A stretch of 49,843 nt of DNA. Origin: a virus (lineage: Duplodnaviria; Caudoviricetes). The DNA lies in IMG/VR virus record IMGVR_UViG_3300032212_000017, positions 1 through 49,843 of that record; one strand, given 5' to 3'. The stretch's first letter is position 1. Each line of letters starts with the position of its first letter. The notes beneath the pieces were generated by a model. It was not told where the DNA came from and did not search any database. It worked only from the letters and a program-made list of their open reading frames with translations. Shown here piece after piece: positions 26,341-35,819 of this stretch. Both the position numbers and the translations under genes were made by a program.

Positions 26341-27798
26341 ATGTTAGATAGAGCACTAATCGAGGGATTCAGTACCTCAGTGCTTTCTAAGCGATACGAT
26401 AACCCCTTACCTACCCCTGAGTTCCACAGAGAACTTTGGGAGCTTTGTACATCAGATGCTAAGAAAGTAGCGATCATTGCGCCACGTGGACACGCAAAAT
26501 CAACATCAGTGACACATGCGTACACCTTAGCGAATGTTCTGTTCAAGCAAAGAAGATACGTGATAATCATCTCTGATACAGAAGAACAGGCTGTAGAGTT
26601 CTTAGGTGATATCAGAGCCGAAGTTCGTGAGAACGAAGATATTAAGCCAGGGACAGGACTGTTTGGAATCTCACGAATACTTAAAGATGCTGAAACGAAT
26701 TTCATCTGCGAGTTCGAGGATGGTTCGCAATTCCGTATCATGGCTAAAGGAGCTGGACAAAAAATACGGGGCCGTAAGTGGCGTGGCAAGCGCCCTGATC
26801 TTATTGTTATTGATGATCTTGAAAACGATGAGTTAGTTGAGAATCAGGACCGAAGGGAGAAATTACGTTCTTGGTTCATGAAGTCAGTTATCCCATCACT
26901 CTCTAAAGACGGTATTATCAGATACGTTGGGACAATCCTGCACTTAGATGCACTACTAGAGCGTATTTCACATAACTCTGAGTGGTTATCCCGTAGGTAC
27001 AGAGCACACAAAGGTTTTAACGACTTCACTGATATACTCTGGCCTGAATTACATACTGAACAGTCTTTACGGGCTATCCGAGAGGATTACAAAGCTCAGG
27101 GTATGCCAGAAGGATACAGTTGCGAGTACCTGAATGACCCTGTCGCTGTTGAAGACCGCTTATTCAGAGATCAAGACTTTCTTGAGATGCAGCCAGAGGA
27201 CTTCAATAAGTCGATGGTGTATTACGCAGCAGCGGATTTTGCTATCTCACAGAAAGAAAGAGCTGATAATACAGTTATGGTTGTCGGTGCAATGGATGAA
27301 AACGGTGTTCTTTATATTGTAGATAGAGTGAAAGGACGTATTGACTCTGAACAGATCATCGAAGATATGATTAACATACAGAAACGGTACGATCCTGAGA
27401 TATTCTTAGTTGAATCAGAGAAGATTGATAAAGCAATCGGCCCTTTCCTAAGAAAGAGCATGATTGAGCAGAACACCTATATTAACCTACACCCTGAGAC
27501 ACCTACAAAAGATAAAATAGCGCGTGCTCAGAGTATCGCAGCTAGAATGAAACAAGGCGCTATTCGTTTCCATAAAGAGAACGATTGGTACGAAGATTTT
27601 TACAGTAACTTAGCAGTTGTGACCCGCTCTGGCGTAAAAGGAGCACACGACGATGACCTGGATGCATTCGCATGGCTAGGTTTAGCTATTGATAAGTTCT
27701 GGAACGCTCCAACTTTCGCTGAAATTGATCAAGAAGAGTACGAAGATGAGATGTTTGAATACATGGATCTTGGTGCTTCTGAAATCACAGGATACTAA
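26341..27798 (+). CDS. terL: Terminase large subunit
   Basis: Walker A APRGHAKST, Walker B LIVIDDLE, coupling motif VGT, nuclease ADFA and HDDDLDA. Confidence 0.95.
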   Translation: MLDRALIEGFSTSVLSKRYDNPLPTPEFHRELWELCTSDAKKVAIIAPRGHAKSTSVTHAYTLANVLFKQRRYVIIISDTEEQAVEFLGDIRAEVRENEDIKPGTGLFGISRILKDAETNFICEFEDGSQFRIMAKGAGQKIRGRKWRGKRPDLIVIDDLENDELVENQDRREKLRSWFMKSVIPSLSKDGIIRYVGTILHLDALLERISHNSEWLSRRYRAHKGFNDFTDILWPELHTEQSLRAIREDYKAQGMPEGYSCEYLNDPVAVEDRLFRDQDFLEMQPEDFNKSMVYYAAADFAISQKERADNTVMVVGAMDENGVLYIVDRVKGRIDSEQIIEDMINIQKRYDPEIFLVESEKIDKAIGPFLRKSMIEQNTYINLHPETPTKDKIARAQSIAARMKQGAIRFHKENDWYEDFYSNLAVVTRSGVKGAHDDDLDAFAWLGLAIDKFWNAPTFAEIDQEEYEDEMFEYMDLGASEITGY

Positions 27799-29747
27799 TG
27801 CTTAACTTACAAGATATACTTAATTCTGATAATATCCTTGATTTACTACAAGAGGATGCTATTCTCGATATAGCTGAACAGGTATTCCAAGGGTATCAAG
27901 ATGACCTGATGTCTCGTGGTGAGTGGAACCAGCGTATCGAGAAATGGACTAGACTTGCTGCACAGGTACAAGAGGTTAAAAATACCCCTTGGCCTAATGC
28001 CAGCAACGTGAAGTACCCTTTAGTCACAGAAGCGTGTATTCAATTCAGTTCAAGGATGTATCCAGCGATTGTTCAAGGTACATCTCCTGCTAAAGGTCGT
28101 GTGATTGGTTATGACCCACAAGGACAGAAACTAGAACGTGCTACTCGGTTATCTAAACACATCAGTTATCAGCTCTTAGAGCAGATGACAGAATGGGAAG
28201 AGATGCATGATCGAATGAGCATGATAGTCGGTTTAGCTGGGTCAGCCTTCAAGAAAAGTTATTACTGCCCGATTAAGAGACGTAATGTATCAGAATTAGT
28301 ACTTCCTCAGAATTTTGTTGTGAATTACTACACAAAAGACCTAGAATCATGCCGTAGGTACTCACACGAGACTGAGATACACGGTAATGAAATCGTTAGT
28401 ATGCAGAGGATGGGTCTGTACTCAGATGTGGATCTCCGTACGCCTGAGCAGAAACAAGATACAGTTAAGAACGAAGTACACGGTTTATCAGCTCCACGAG
28501 TTGACTCAACAACACCATATAACTGCATCGAACAACACATGTACCTCGATCTGGACGAAGATGGGTATCAAGAACCTTACATCGCGACACTAGATGTCAA
28601 TAGTAAAGCTTTATTACGTTTAGTCCCTTGTTATGATGAGGCAGGTATCTCGTACAACTTCGATGGTGAGGTACAAGATATCCAGAAAGACCAGTACTTC
28701 ACTAAATACGGGCTATTACCATCTCCTGATGGCTCGTTTTATGATTACGGGTTCGGTCAGTACGTTGGACCTGTGAATGAAGCGGTTGATACCTTGTTCA
28801 ATCAGCTCATAGATGCTGGTACTTTGTCAAACATGGGTGGTGGCTTCATCAGTAAAGGCATCCGTCTTAAAGGTGGTGCTCAGAGACGTAGAATCGGTGA
28901 ATGGCTTCCTGTGAATGCAACAGGTGATGATTTACGTAAAGGTATCTTCCCGAACCCGATTAAAGAGCCATCTCCTACCCTGCTCAATCTAGCTACGTTC
29001 CTGATCAATGCAGGGCAGCGTCTAGCAGGTACAATTGACTCAATGGTAGGTGAGAATCCAGGCCAGAATCAGAAAGCTACAACTACGATGGCTGTAATGG
29101 ATCAAGGACAGAAGGTATTTTCTGGTATTTACAAAAGGTTCTTACGCTCATTCAAGCAAGAACTTAAGGTTATTTACAACCTGAATAAGAAGTACCTTGA
29201 ACCACAGGAGTATTTCACTGTTTTAGATACCGATCTTCCAGCTGAAGTTCTTTTACAGGATTACCAGAACGAAGATTTAGATGTCGTTCCAAGTGCAGAT
29301 CCTAGCTTCACAAATGAACAGCAGAAACTACAAAAAGCAGCTATCCAGTTAGAGATGGCTCAAATGGGTCTTATCCCATTAGAAGTTGCTAAAGCAGCTA
29401 TGATTGACGCTCATGAGCTACCTAATAAAGAACAACTCATGCAGCCTATGCCTCGTGTACCATCTTTAGATGAACAGAAGTTCGAAGATGAGAGTATGCG
29501 TGAGTGGACTAAAGTTAAGATAGACACCATGTTGAAAATAAGTCAAACTGGTGCGCTTAATGCTAAAGCGTTCAGAGATGTCGCTGAAGCTGAAGCAGTT
29601 GAGCCTGGAAGACAGGCGGGTATCTACAAAATGATTCTAGATGAATTAAACCGAGATATCGACAGAGAGATTGATAGAGAAGCAGGCCAACAGGAGGCTA
29701 ATAGTGGAACAGGTGGAGCAGAAACTCCAGAAGCTGGAGCAACTTGA
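27798..29747 (+). CDS. Portal protein
   Basis: 649 aa directly after TerL; PWPNASNV, GSAFKK, FYDYGF and QLIDAGTL motifs. Confidence 0.88.
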   Translation: MLNLQDILNSDNILDLLQEDAILDIAEQVFQGYQDDLMSRGEWNQRIEKWTRLAAQVQEVKNTPWPNASNVKYPLVTEACIQFSSRMYPAIVQGTSPAKGRVIGYDPQGQKLERATRLSKHISYQLLEQMTEWEEMHDRMSMIVGLAGSAFKKSYYCPIKRRNVSELVLPQNFVVNYYTKDLESCRRYSHETEIHGNEIVSMQRMGLYSDVDLRTPEQKQDTVKNEVHGLSAPRVDSTTPYNCIEQHMYLDLDEDGYQEPYIATLDVNSKALLRLVPCYDEAGISYNFDGEVQDIQKDQYFTKYGLLPSPDGSFYDYGFGQYVGPVNEAVDTLFNQLIDAGTLSNMGGGFISKGIRLKGGAQRRRIGEWLPVNATGDDLRKGIFPNPIKEPSPTLLNLATFLINAGQRLAGTIDSMVGENPGQNQKATTTMAVMDQGQKVFSGIYKRFLRSFKQELKVIYNLNKKYLEPQEYFTVLDTDLPAEVLLQDYQNEDLDVVPSADPSFTNEQQKLQKAAIQLEMAQMGLIPLEVAKAAMIDAHELPNKEQLMQPMPRVPSLDEQKFEDESMREWTKVKIDTMLKISQTGALNAKAFRDVAEAEAVEPGRQAGIYKMILDELNRDIDREIDREAGQQEANSGTGGAETPEAGAT

Positions 29748-29964
29748 GGAATTATTAACAGAACAGGTGTTTAAAGAGTGGATAGACCACCCTGTAACCG
29801 AGTACTGTAAACTGAACCTTGAGATTAAACTACAAGCGCGTGAAGATTTCTTAAAACAAGCAGCGTACATCAACGAAGAGAAAGGTCTTATCCAAGCAGC
29901 AGAAGCAAGAGGTTTAATCCTTGCTTACAAAGATATGCTAGATATCAGTTGGGAGGATGAATGA
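29704..29964 (+). CDS. Hypothetical protein
   Basis: GTG start with AGGAGG RBS; W..HPVT motif seen after portal genes in such phages. Confidence 0.65.
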   Translation: MEQVEQKLQKLEQLEELLTEQVFKEWIDHPVTEYCKLNLEIKLQAREDFLKQAAYINEEKGLIQAAEARGLILAYKDMLDISWEDE

Positions 29965-30287
29965 TTAAAGGTAAGCCAGCAGGACACAGGGTTCTGATAC
30001 AACCTGATAAGGTTGAAGAGACAGATGAGTTATACAAACGTGCTGCGGAAGCAGGAATCGATTTGTCTCACACACAAGAGAAAGAGCGCGAAGATGCAGC
30101 TCAAACAATAGGCACTATCTTACAAATAGGTGATACAGCTTGGAAAGATTACAAGTGTGATCCTTGGGCTAAGGTTGGTGATAGAGTAGCATACGGACGT
30201 TACTCAGGAAAAGTAATCTGTGATCCAGACTCAGGTGAAGAGCTTTGGATTATTAACGATGATGACGTTCAGTACGTCTTTGAATAG
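29961..30287 (+). CDS. groES: GroES-like co-chaperonin
   Basis: KPAGHRVLI, VGDRVAYGRYSG, IINDDDV. Confidence 0.85.
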   Translation: MIKGKPAGHRVLIQPDKVEETDELYKRAAEAGIDLSHTQEKEREDAAQTIGTILQIGDTAWKDYKCDPWAKVGDRVAYGRYSGKVICDPDSGEELWIINDDDVQYVFE

Positions 30288-30296
30288 GAAAATACC

Positions 30297-31166
30297 ATGA
30301 GCGAAGAGCTTGAGCCACAAGATCCACAAGCACCAATTGAAGGAACGGAAGGAACTGAAGAAGTTGTACCTTCTAGAGAAGAAATACTAGCAGCGATTGC
30401 TGGTGAAGAACCAGAACCTGCGGCAGCTGATCCAGAACCAGCTGAACCAGAATACAGTGAAATTGAACAACAAGCATTAGAACAAGGTTGGAATCCAGAA
30501 GGCGCAGAGGGTAAACGTAACCTCTCAGCTGAAGAGTTTCTTGACCGTAAGCCTCTGTACGACAGAGCACACAAGCAAGACAAACAGATCAAAAATATGC
30601 AAGAAGCCATTGATGCAATGGTTCAGCAGAACAAAAGTATCAGTGAACGTGAGTATCAACGAGCATTAGCAGACCTTGAAGTTAAAATGGGTAATGCTGT
30701 TGATAACATGGACAAAGAAGCTGCCACTGAAGTCTCGAAAGAGATAGCAGCACTTGAGGCGAACAAACCTGCTGAGGAAACCACAAAAGTAGAGCCTGAG
30801 TATGATCCTCTGTATCTCGATTGGAAAGATAAAAATTCATGGTATGATCCTGATTCTGACGACTACGATCCAATGAAGGCTATGTATACAAATCAATTAA
30901 CAGAAGCTTACGCCCCTTTAATGAAAAAAGGAAAACCTTTTTCCGAGGTTTTGTCAGAAGTTGATGCTGCTGTGCAAGAGAAATTCAAACCTACTAATCC
31001 GAACCGAGGTAAAGCGGCAGCAGTCGCACCAAGTACTCCGAGTACACCTAAGCCAAAAGCTAAGAGCTTATCTGACTTAGGGTTGTCAGCGGAGGAAGAA
31101 AAGATCGCAAGAACTATAATCCGAGGCGGTGTATCCGAAGAAGATTATATTAAGATGTATTCATAG
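30297..31166 (+). CDS. Scaffolding protein (putative)
   Basis: Acidic coiled-coil protein with GW.P...SAEEF, lying between portal and capsid genes. Confidence 0.75.
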   Translation: MSEELEPQDPQAPIEGTEGTEEVVPSREEILAAIAGEEPEPAAADPEPAEPEYSEIEQQALEQGWNPEGAEGKRNLSAEEFLDRKPLYDRAHKQDKQIKNMQEAIDAMVQQNKSISEREYQRALADLEVKMGNAVDNMDKEAATEVSKEIAALEANKPAEETTKVEPEYDPLYLDWKDKNSWYDPDSDDYDPMKAMYTNQLTEAYAPLMKKGKPFSEVLSEVDAAVQEKFKPTNPNRGKAAAVAPSTPSTPKPKAKSLSDLGLSAEEEKIARTIIRGGVSEEDYIKMYS

Positions 31167-31200
31167 AAACTAGCTAAAGAGCTAATAAGAGGAAAAGAAC

Positions 31201-31653
31201 ATGGCTAAAGCACCAAGTAAAACAACCAGATCAGAACGACCAGAACGTCCGAAACGTGTACCTATGAACGGTTCCGTGGACATCCTAGAAGTAGGCAAGA
31301 AAGACCCCGATCACGAGTACCGATGGGTATCTGACAATAAAAAAGGCAGACTCCAGCGTTTTGATGGTGCGTGGTGGGATAAGGTTTCACACAAAGATGT
31401 ACAAGTCGCGTTAGGAGCTGAAAATCACTCCGATGGTTCAAGTTCTCACGTTGTAACTCGTGTAGGTACACATGCAGATGGCTCACCTGAAATGGGGTAT
31501 CTGATGCGTATTCCGAAAAAGTTCTACGAAGAGGATCAGAAAGCCAAACAAGACGCTATTTCAGCTGTGGAGCAAAGTCAATTACAAAGTGACGGAAGTT
31601 ACGAAAAAGGTCAATATGGTGAAGTTAAACTTGGAGCTACCCGCTCTAAATAG
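31201..31653 (+). CDS. Conserved virion-module protein
   Basis: YRWV...LMRIPK..YEED motif; position before the capsid genes. Confidence 0.7.
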   Translation: MAKAPSKTTRSERPERPKRVPMNGSVDILEVGKKDPDHEYRWVSDNKKGRLQRFDGAWWDKVSHKDVQVALGAENHSDGSSSHVVTRVGTHADGSPEMGYLMRIPKKFYEEDQKAKQDAISAVEQSQLQSDGSYEKGQYGEVKLGATRSK

Positions 31654-31660
31654 TAACATC

Positions 31661-31687
31661 CCTGTATTGACATCATTTTAATACAGG
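31661..31687 (+). promoter_or_regulatory. RBS-sequestering hairpin
   Basis: CCTGTATTGA/TTAATACAGG stem overlapping the AGGAG of ORF 31697. Confidence 0.55.
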
Positions 31688-31696
31688 AGAAAATTT

Positions 31697-32260
31697 ATGG
31701 CCAATCCAGACAAGGCAAATGGTTTTCGTCCAATTGGTACACTATCAGGCGGTCCGTTCACAGCGGGCAATGTACGCTTTATTGGTGTAGCAGATGGCGA
31801 AGATATCTTTATTGGTGACATGGTAAACTTGGAATCAGGTTTAGCAGATCCAATGGCAACTAATGATGCAGCTATTCTAGGTGCAGTAATTGGTGTAGGT
31901 AAATACGACGAGCTAACTGGCTCTGTTGCTTCTTTAGCTGACGTAGCTAATCTAGAGAATCGTTATTACGATGATTCTGCAAGCACTCATACTGACTATT
32001 ACGTAGCTGTGGCATTAGCCACTGACTGTGTATTCGAAGTTCAGTCTGATGCTGATTTAGATTTAGCGGTCGGTGATCCTTGTGATCTTGCTGATGCAGC
32101 AGGTAATGCTCCATCAGGTCGTTCACGTCAGGAAGTTGGTGCTAATACTAACTCTGACTTTGTTGTGGTAGCTATTCCAGACTACCCAGATAACGATTCA
32201 ACACTGGCTAATACGCGCTATCATGTTCGTGTTACTCGTGCTGAACAAGCATTAGGTTAA
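31697..32260 (+). CDS. Capsid decoration/cement-like protein
   Basis: MAN.D...GFRP, IFIGD.V and FEVQ motifs; immediately before the MCP. Confidence 0.7.
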   Translation: MANPDKANGFRPIGTLSGGPFTAGNVRFIGVADGEDIFIGDMVNLESGLADPMATNDAAILGAVIGVGKYDELTGSVASLADVANLENRYYDDSASTHTDYYVAVALATDCVFEVQSDADLDLAVGDPCDLADAAGNAPSGRSRQEVGANTNSDFVVVAIPDYPDNDSTLANTRYHVRVTRAEQALG

Positions 32261-32273
32261 GGAGGAATAGATC

Positions 32274-33170
32274 ATGGCAGTTAATAGTTCTAATTTTAGT
32301 AAAGCGTTATGGCCTGGTGTGAATGCATGGTACGGTAAATCGTACGACTCGCATGAAACCCAGTTCACTGATATCTTTGAGACTCGCGATTCTCGCAAGG
32401 CTTTTGAAGAAATCGTTGGTACTTCAGGTCTAGGTTTAGCAGCAGTTAAGGGTGAAGGTGCTCCTGTTTCATACGACACTATGACTCAAGGTTTCACTTC
32501 TCGCTTCCAGCATATCGATTACGCATTAGGTACTATCATCACTCGTAATATGGTTGATGACGATGTGTACGATGTTGTTGGTAAGATGCGTGTTGAAAGC
32601 CTCGCTGAAAGTATGCGTATCACTAAAGAAATTAATGGTGCGAACATCTTGAACCGAGCGTTCAACAACAGTTACACCGGTGGTGATGCTCTAGAGCTTT
32701 GCTCTACATTGCACGTTAATGTAGCTGGTGGTACATACCAGAATGAGCTAACTACAGCAGCTGACTTATCAGAAGCTTCGTTAGAGCAGGCTTGTATTGA
32801 TATCGGTAAGTGGACTAATGATCGTGGTTTACAAATCAAGGCAATGGCTCAGGATTTAATTATCCCTGTTGACCTGATGTTTGAAGCTGATCGTATCATT
32901 AATAGCTCTGGTCGTGTTGCTACAGCGGATAACGATAAGAATGCTATCATGGGTAAGTTTAACATCAAAGTTAATCATTACCTGACTGATACTGATGCGT
33001 TCTTCTTGAAGACTAATGTAAAACATGGCTTGATTCACTTCGAAAGACGTGCTGATGATTTCACTACAGATAACGATTTCGATACTGATAACGCTAAGTA
33101 CAAAGCTACTGGTCGCTACAGCTTCGGCTGGGCAGATCCTAAAGGCATCTATGGCTCGCCCGGAGTTTGA
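32274..33170 (+). CDS. Major capsid protein
   Basis: ALWPGV, K.EG, A.ILNRAF, DLSEASLE, NHYLTD, RYSFGW.DP.GIYGSPG. Confidence 0.9.
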   Translation: MAVNSSNFSKALWPGVNAWYGKSYDSHETQFTDIFETRDSRKAFEEIVGTSGLGLAAVKGEGAPVSYDTMTQGFTSRFQHIDYALGTIITRNMVDDDVYDVVGKMRVESLAESMRITKEINGANILNRAFNNSYTGGDALELCSTLHVNVAGGTYQNELTTAADLSEASLEQACIDIGKWTNDRGLQIKAMAQDLIIPVDLMFEADRIINSSGRVATADNDKNAIMGKFNIKVNHYLTDTDAFFLKTNVKHGLIHFERRADDFTTDNDFDTDNAKYKATGRYSFGWADPKGIYGSPGV

Positions 33171-33227
33171 TAATACTCTAATGTGACCATGAACTACTCA
33201 TATACCTGACCTAAATAGGAGGACAAG

Positions 33228-33875
33228 ATGGGTAAATCAAAGAAAATATGTGAAGTTAAAGATTGTACTGGAAATGTAGTTTCTCATGGTTTATGTGATA
33301 AGCATAGATTGCGATTGAAACGACACGGACATCTAAAATCTACAAGGCCTGATGATTGGGGTAAGAGAGAAAAACATCCCCTTTATAATTCATGGAAGTG
33401 GATGAATAAGATGAGTATGAAATATTCAATTTGCGAAGAATGGAAGGACTTCTGGAAATTTGCAGAAGATATGGGTGAAAAACCCAGCCCTAAACATCAA
33501 ATTCGAAGAGTTGATACTAAAGGTAATTACTCACCGGATAACTGTAGATGGGTTGAAACAAAACCTGATCAAACTGCCGCAGAATATCAAAAACAGTACC
33601 GTAAAGATAATCCAGAGAAGATAAAAAATGCTGAATTAATTAAAATATTTGGTATTACTTTAGAGGATTACAATACAATGCTTGAAGATCAGAATGGATG
33701 TTGTAAGATTTGCAACGTACATTATACAAAAGAGAAACAAGCACTTTCTGTAGATCATTGTCATACAACACAGCAAATACGAGGGTTACTTTGTAATACG
33801 TGTAATAGAGCAATTGGTTTATTAAAAGATAGTACTGAAACTTTACAAAAAGCAATAGAATATCTAAACAAGTAA
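33228..33875 (+). CDS. Two-domain homing endonuclease (HNH-like plus endonuclease VII)
   Basis: N-terminal DMGEKP...GNYSPDNCRW; C-terminal GITLEDY...CKIC...VDHCH...RGLLCNTCN. Confidence 0.85.
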   Translation: MGKSKKICEVKDCTGNVVSHGLCDKHRLRLKRHGHLKSTRPDDWGKREKHPLYNSWKWMNKMSMKYSICEEWKDFWKFAEDMGEKPSPKHQIRRVDTKGNYSPDNCRWVETKPDQTAAEYQKQYRKDNPEKIKNAELIKIFGITLEDYNTMLEDQNGCCKICNVHYTKEKQALSVDHCHTTQQIRGLLCNTCNRAIGLLKDSTETLQKAIEYLNK

Positions 33876-33932
33876 TTTTAACATAGATCGTTGAAAAATA
33901 CGAGTTGACCCCTGCCAAGGGAGGAGTACAAT

Positions 33933-34199
33933 ATGGCTGCTACACATTTATCAGGACCACTGCATTTAGGTGGAACACAAGTACTAAGTTCACAAGAGGC
34001 TGCTGAAGCTGACGTTGCTGCACCTACGGCCTATACAGCTCACGCCTCTGGCGCAACAGCTGTTACGTCTAATGCTGCTACTGACTTAGATACTACCGCT
34101 GCTGCTTTAGCTACTCTCGTAACTGAAGTAACCGCGATTGAAGATAAGCTTAACGCATTACTTGCTAAACTCCGTACTCACGGTATTATAGCTTCTTAG
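33933..34199 (+). CDS. Head fibre/decoration-like protein
   Basis: TH.SGP N-terminus and KLNALLAKLR..GII coiled-coil C-terminus. Confidence 0.65.
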   Translation: MAATHLSGPLHLGGTQVLSSQEAAEADVAAPTAYTAHASGATAVTSNAATDLDTTAAALATLVTEVTAIEDKLNALLAKLRTHGIIAS

Positions 34200-34206
34200 G
34201 TGATGT

Positions 34207-34404
34207 ATGAAATGTAGTTGCGGAAAACGCTGCGACTTGTTGAACACAAGGTTAATGGTAGATGAGATTCATAAAGAATACATCTGCCTTCCTTGTGGTT
34301 CACGAATCCTTGAAATTAAAGATAAGTTCGAGAACTTCACGGTTAAAGAGGTTAACGGGCTTACACAGAAAACTACTCAGTGGAATACACGGGGTACGAA
34401 GTGA
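34207..34404 (+). CDS. Small Zn-ribbon protein
   Basis: CSCG...CLPCG. Confidence 0.5.
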   Translation: MKCSCGKRCDLLNTRLMVDEIHKEYICLPCGSRILEIKDKFENFTVKEVNGLTQKTTQWNTRGTK

Positions 34405-34498
34405 AGTGCAAAATGACACATTACACCTGCAAAGAATTAACTAAACTGTCTAAGTTAGATCCTAAGTATAAACCAACTGTATGGGAACGGATTAAAAA

Positions 34499-34819
34499 AT
34501 GGCTGCGAAACTTCTAGATCAAGCAGCTGCAACAGGTGCTAGTAATGATTGGCAGGTACGGGCAGGTGCATCTGAGCATACTATTCAGAGTACTTGCACA
34601 GGCAGTCCTACGGCTGTGACAACAGAGTTCGAAGGGTCATTAGATGGTACAACATGGTATCAGTTAGCTGAACACAAATGGACAAGTAATGAAATAACAG
34701 CTCAAGCCTCTATGTTCCACGTCAGTTCTAAATTGATTACACATACAAGAATAAACTTAAGTACCTTAACAGGTGGTACATCTCCAACAGTTACATGCCT
34801 GTACGAGTGGAATGATTAA
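34499..34819 (+). CDS. Putative virion structural protein
   Basis: EGSLDGTTW beta-sandwich motif; T/S/G-rich. Confidence 0.65.
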   Translation: MAAKLLDQAAATGASNDWQVRAGASEHTIQSTCTGSPTAVTTEFEGSLDGTTWYQLAEHKWTSNEITAQASMFHVSSKLITHTRINLSTLTGGTSPTVTCLYEWND

Positions 34820-35400
34820 TGTCTGATGATACTCAAATTTATAATAATGGAGAGTTAGAGGGTCGGTCAACCGTAGATGGCTCTGTAGTCAGAATAGAAG
34901 TTGATCCTTATTCCGGTTCTCTCCAGACTATTGAAACAGAACATGCTAGGATACATGCAGGGGATGGGTTCCAAGTATCTGGTAAAATATCGACAATCGG
35001 TACTGGCGCATCTGAATACTTTTTGGTAGTTCCTTCAATAGTGATGCACTGGCGGCACTTTAGGATTGTAACAACCGAGGCCCCTATTGATATAGTCCTG
35101 TACGAAAATCCAACAGTAACTGCTAACGGAACTTCATTAACTATACAGAACAGAAATAGACTGAGTACACATACCGCTGGTGCTACTGTATACGGTGGAT
35201 CAACAGTAACTGCTGATGGAACAGCTATCTTTACAGACATGATACCTACATCAGCAAAAGATTCAGGTGGTGATGTAGAGGGTTTACCTGTCGAATGGAT
35301 TATTAATGGTGGAAATACCTATGCATTAAAAATTACTAACAATAGTGGTGGGAATATTGATATTATTTATCAGTTTTTCTGGTACGAATTAGACTTATAG
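34819..35400 (+). CDS. Putative virion structural protein
   Basis: H..IH.G, NRNR and C-terminal WYE motifs; within the structural operon. Confidence 0.65.
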   Translation: MSDDTQIYNNGELEGRSTVDGSVVRIEVDPYSGSLQTIETEHARIHAGDGFQVSGKISTIGTGASEYFLVVPSIVMHWRHFRIVTTEAPIDIVLYENPTVTANGTSLTIQNRNRLSTHTAGATVYGGSTVTADGTAIFTDMIPTSAKDSGGDVEGLPVEWIINGGNTYALKITNNSGGNIDIIYQFFWYELDL

Positions 35401-35420
35401 GAAACTCATAGGAAAGTATA

Positions 35421-35819
35421 ATGGCCGATACAACAGACGTTCAGTACATCTTTAAAGGTACTCGTAAGATTAAAGTTAAACTCACTGGTATCTCGGATGG
35501 TACAGGTGAAACTACAATATCTAAGGTAGATATTTCATCTTTGATTGGTCCAGATGGTACTGCTCCGACTAAGACAGTTGTAGAGTCTATCGAAGCTAAT
35601 GTACAAGGCTTCAGTTCAGTTAAATTGTACTGGGATCATACGGCAAATGATGAATTAGCTGTACTCGGTACAGGATTCTCTTATTACGATTGGAACGATG
35701 TAGGTGGTTTTACTGATCCTGGAAGTACTGGTGGTACAGGAGATATTCTTCTGACCTCAACAGGTGCTACGGCAACAGCTACTTATGATATTGTTATAAC
35801 GGCTCGGCTAAAAGACTAA
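35421..35819 (+). CDS. Putative virion structural protein
   Basis: SDGTGE...KVD.S.L and TGDILLTS motifs. Confidence 0.7.
   Translation: MADTTDVQYIFKGTRKIKVKLTGISDGTGETTISKVDISSLIGPDGTAPTKTVVESIEANVQGFSSVKLYWDHTANDELAVLGTGFSYYDWNDVGGFTDPGSTGGTGDILLTSTGATATATYDIVITARLKD

Noticed and set aside
33160-33932. Group I intron around the endonuclease at the end of the MCP gene
   Set aside because: Only about 57 nt flank each side, no P3/P7 core is visible, and the MCP ends with its normal GSPG terminus.
34340-34518. Programmed -1 frameshift extending the Zn-ribbon ORF into ...VWERIKKWLRNF
   Set aside because: No clear slippery heptamer. A separate small ORF starting at GTG 34401 or the following ATG explains it equally well.
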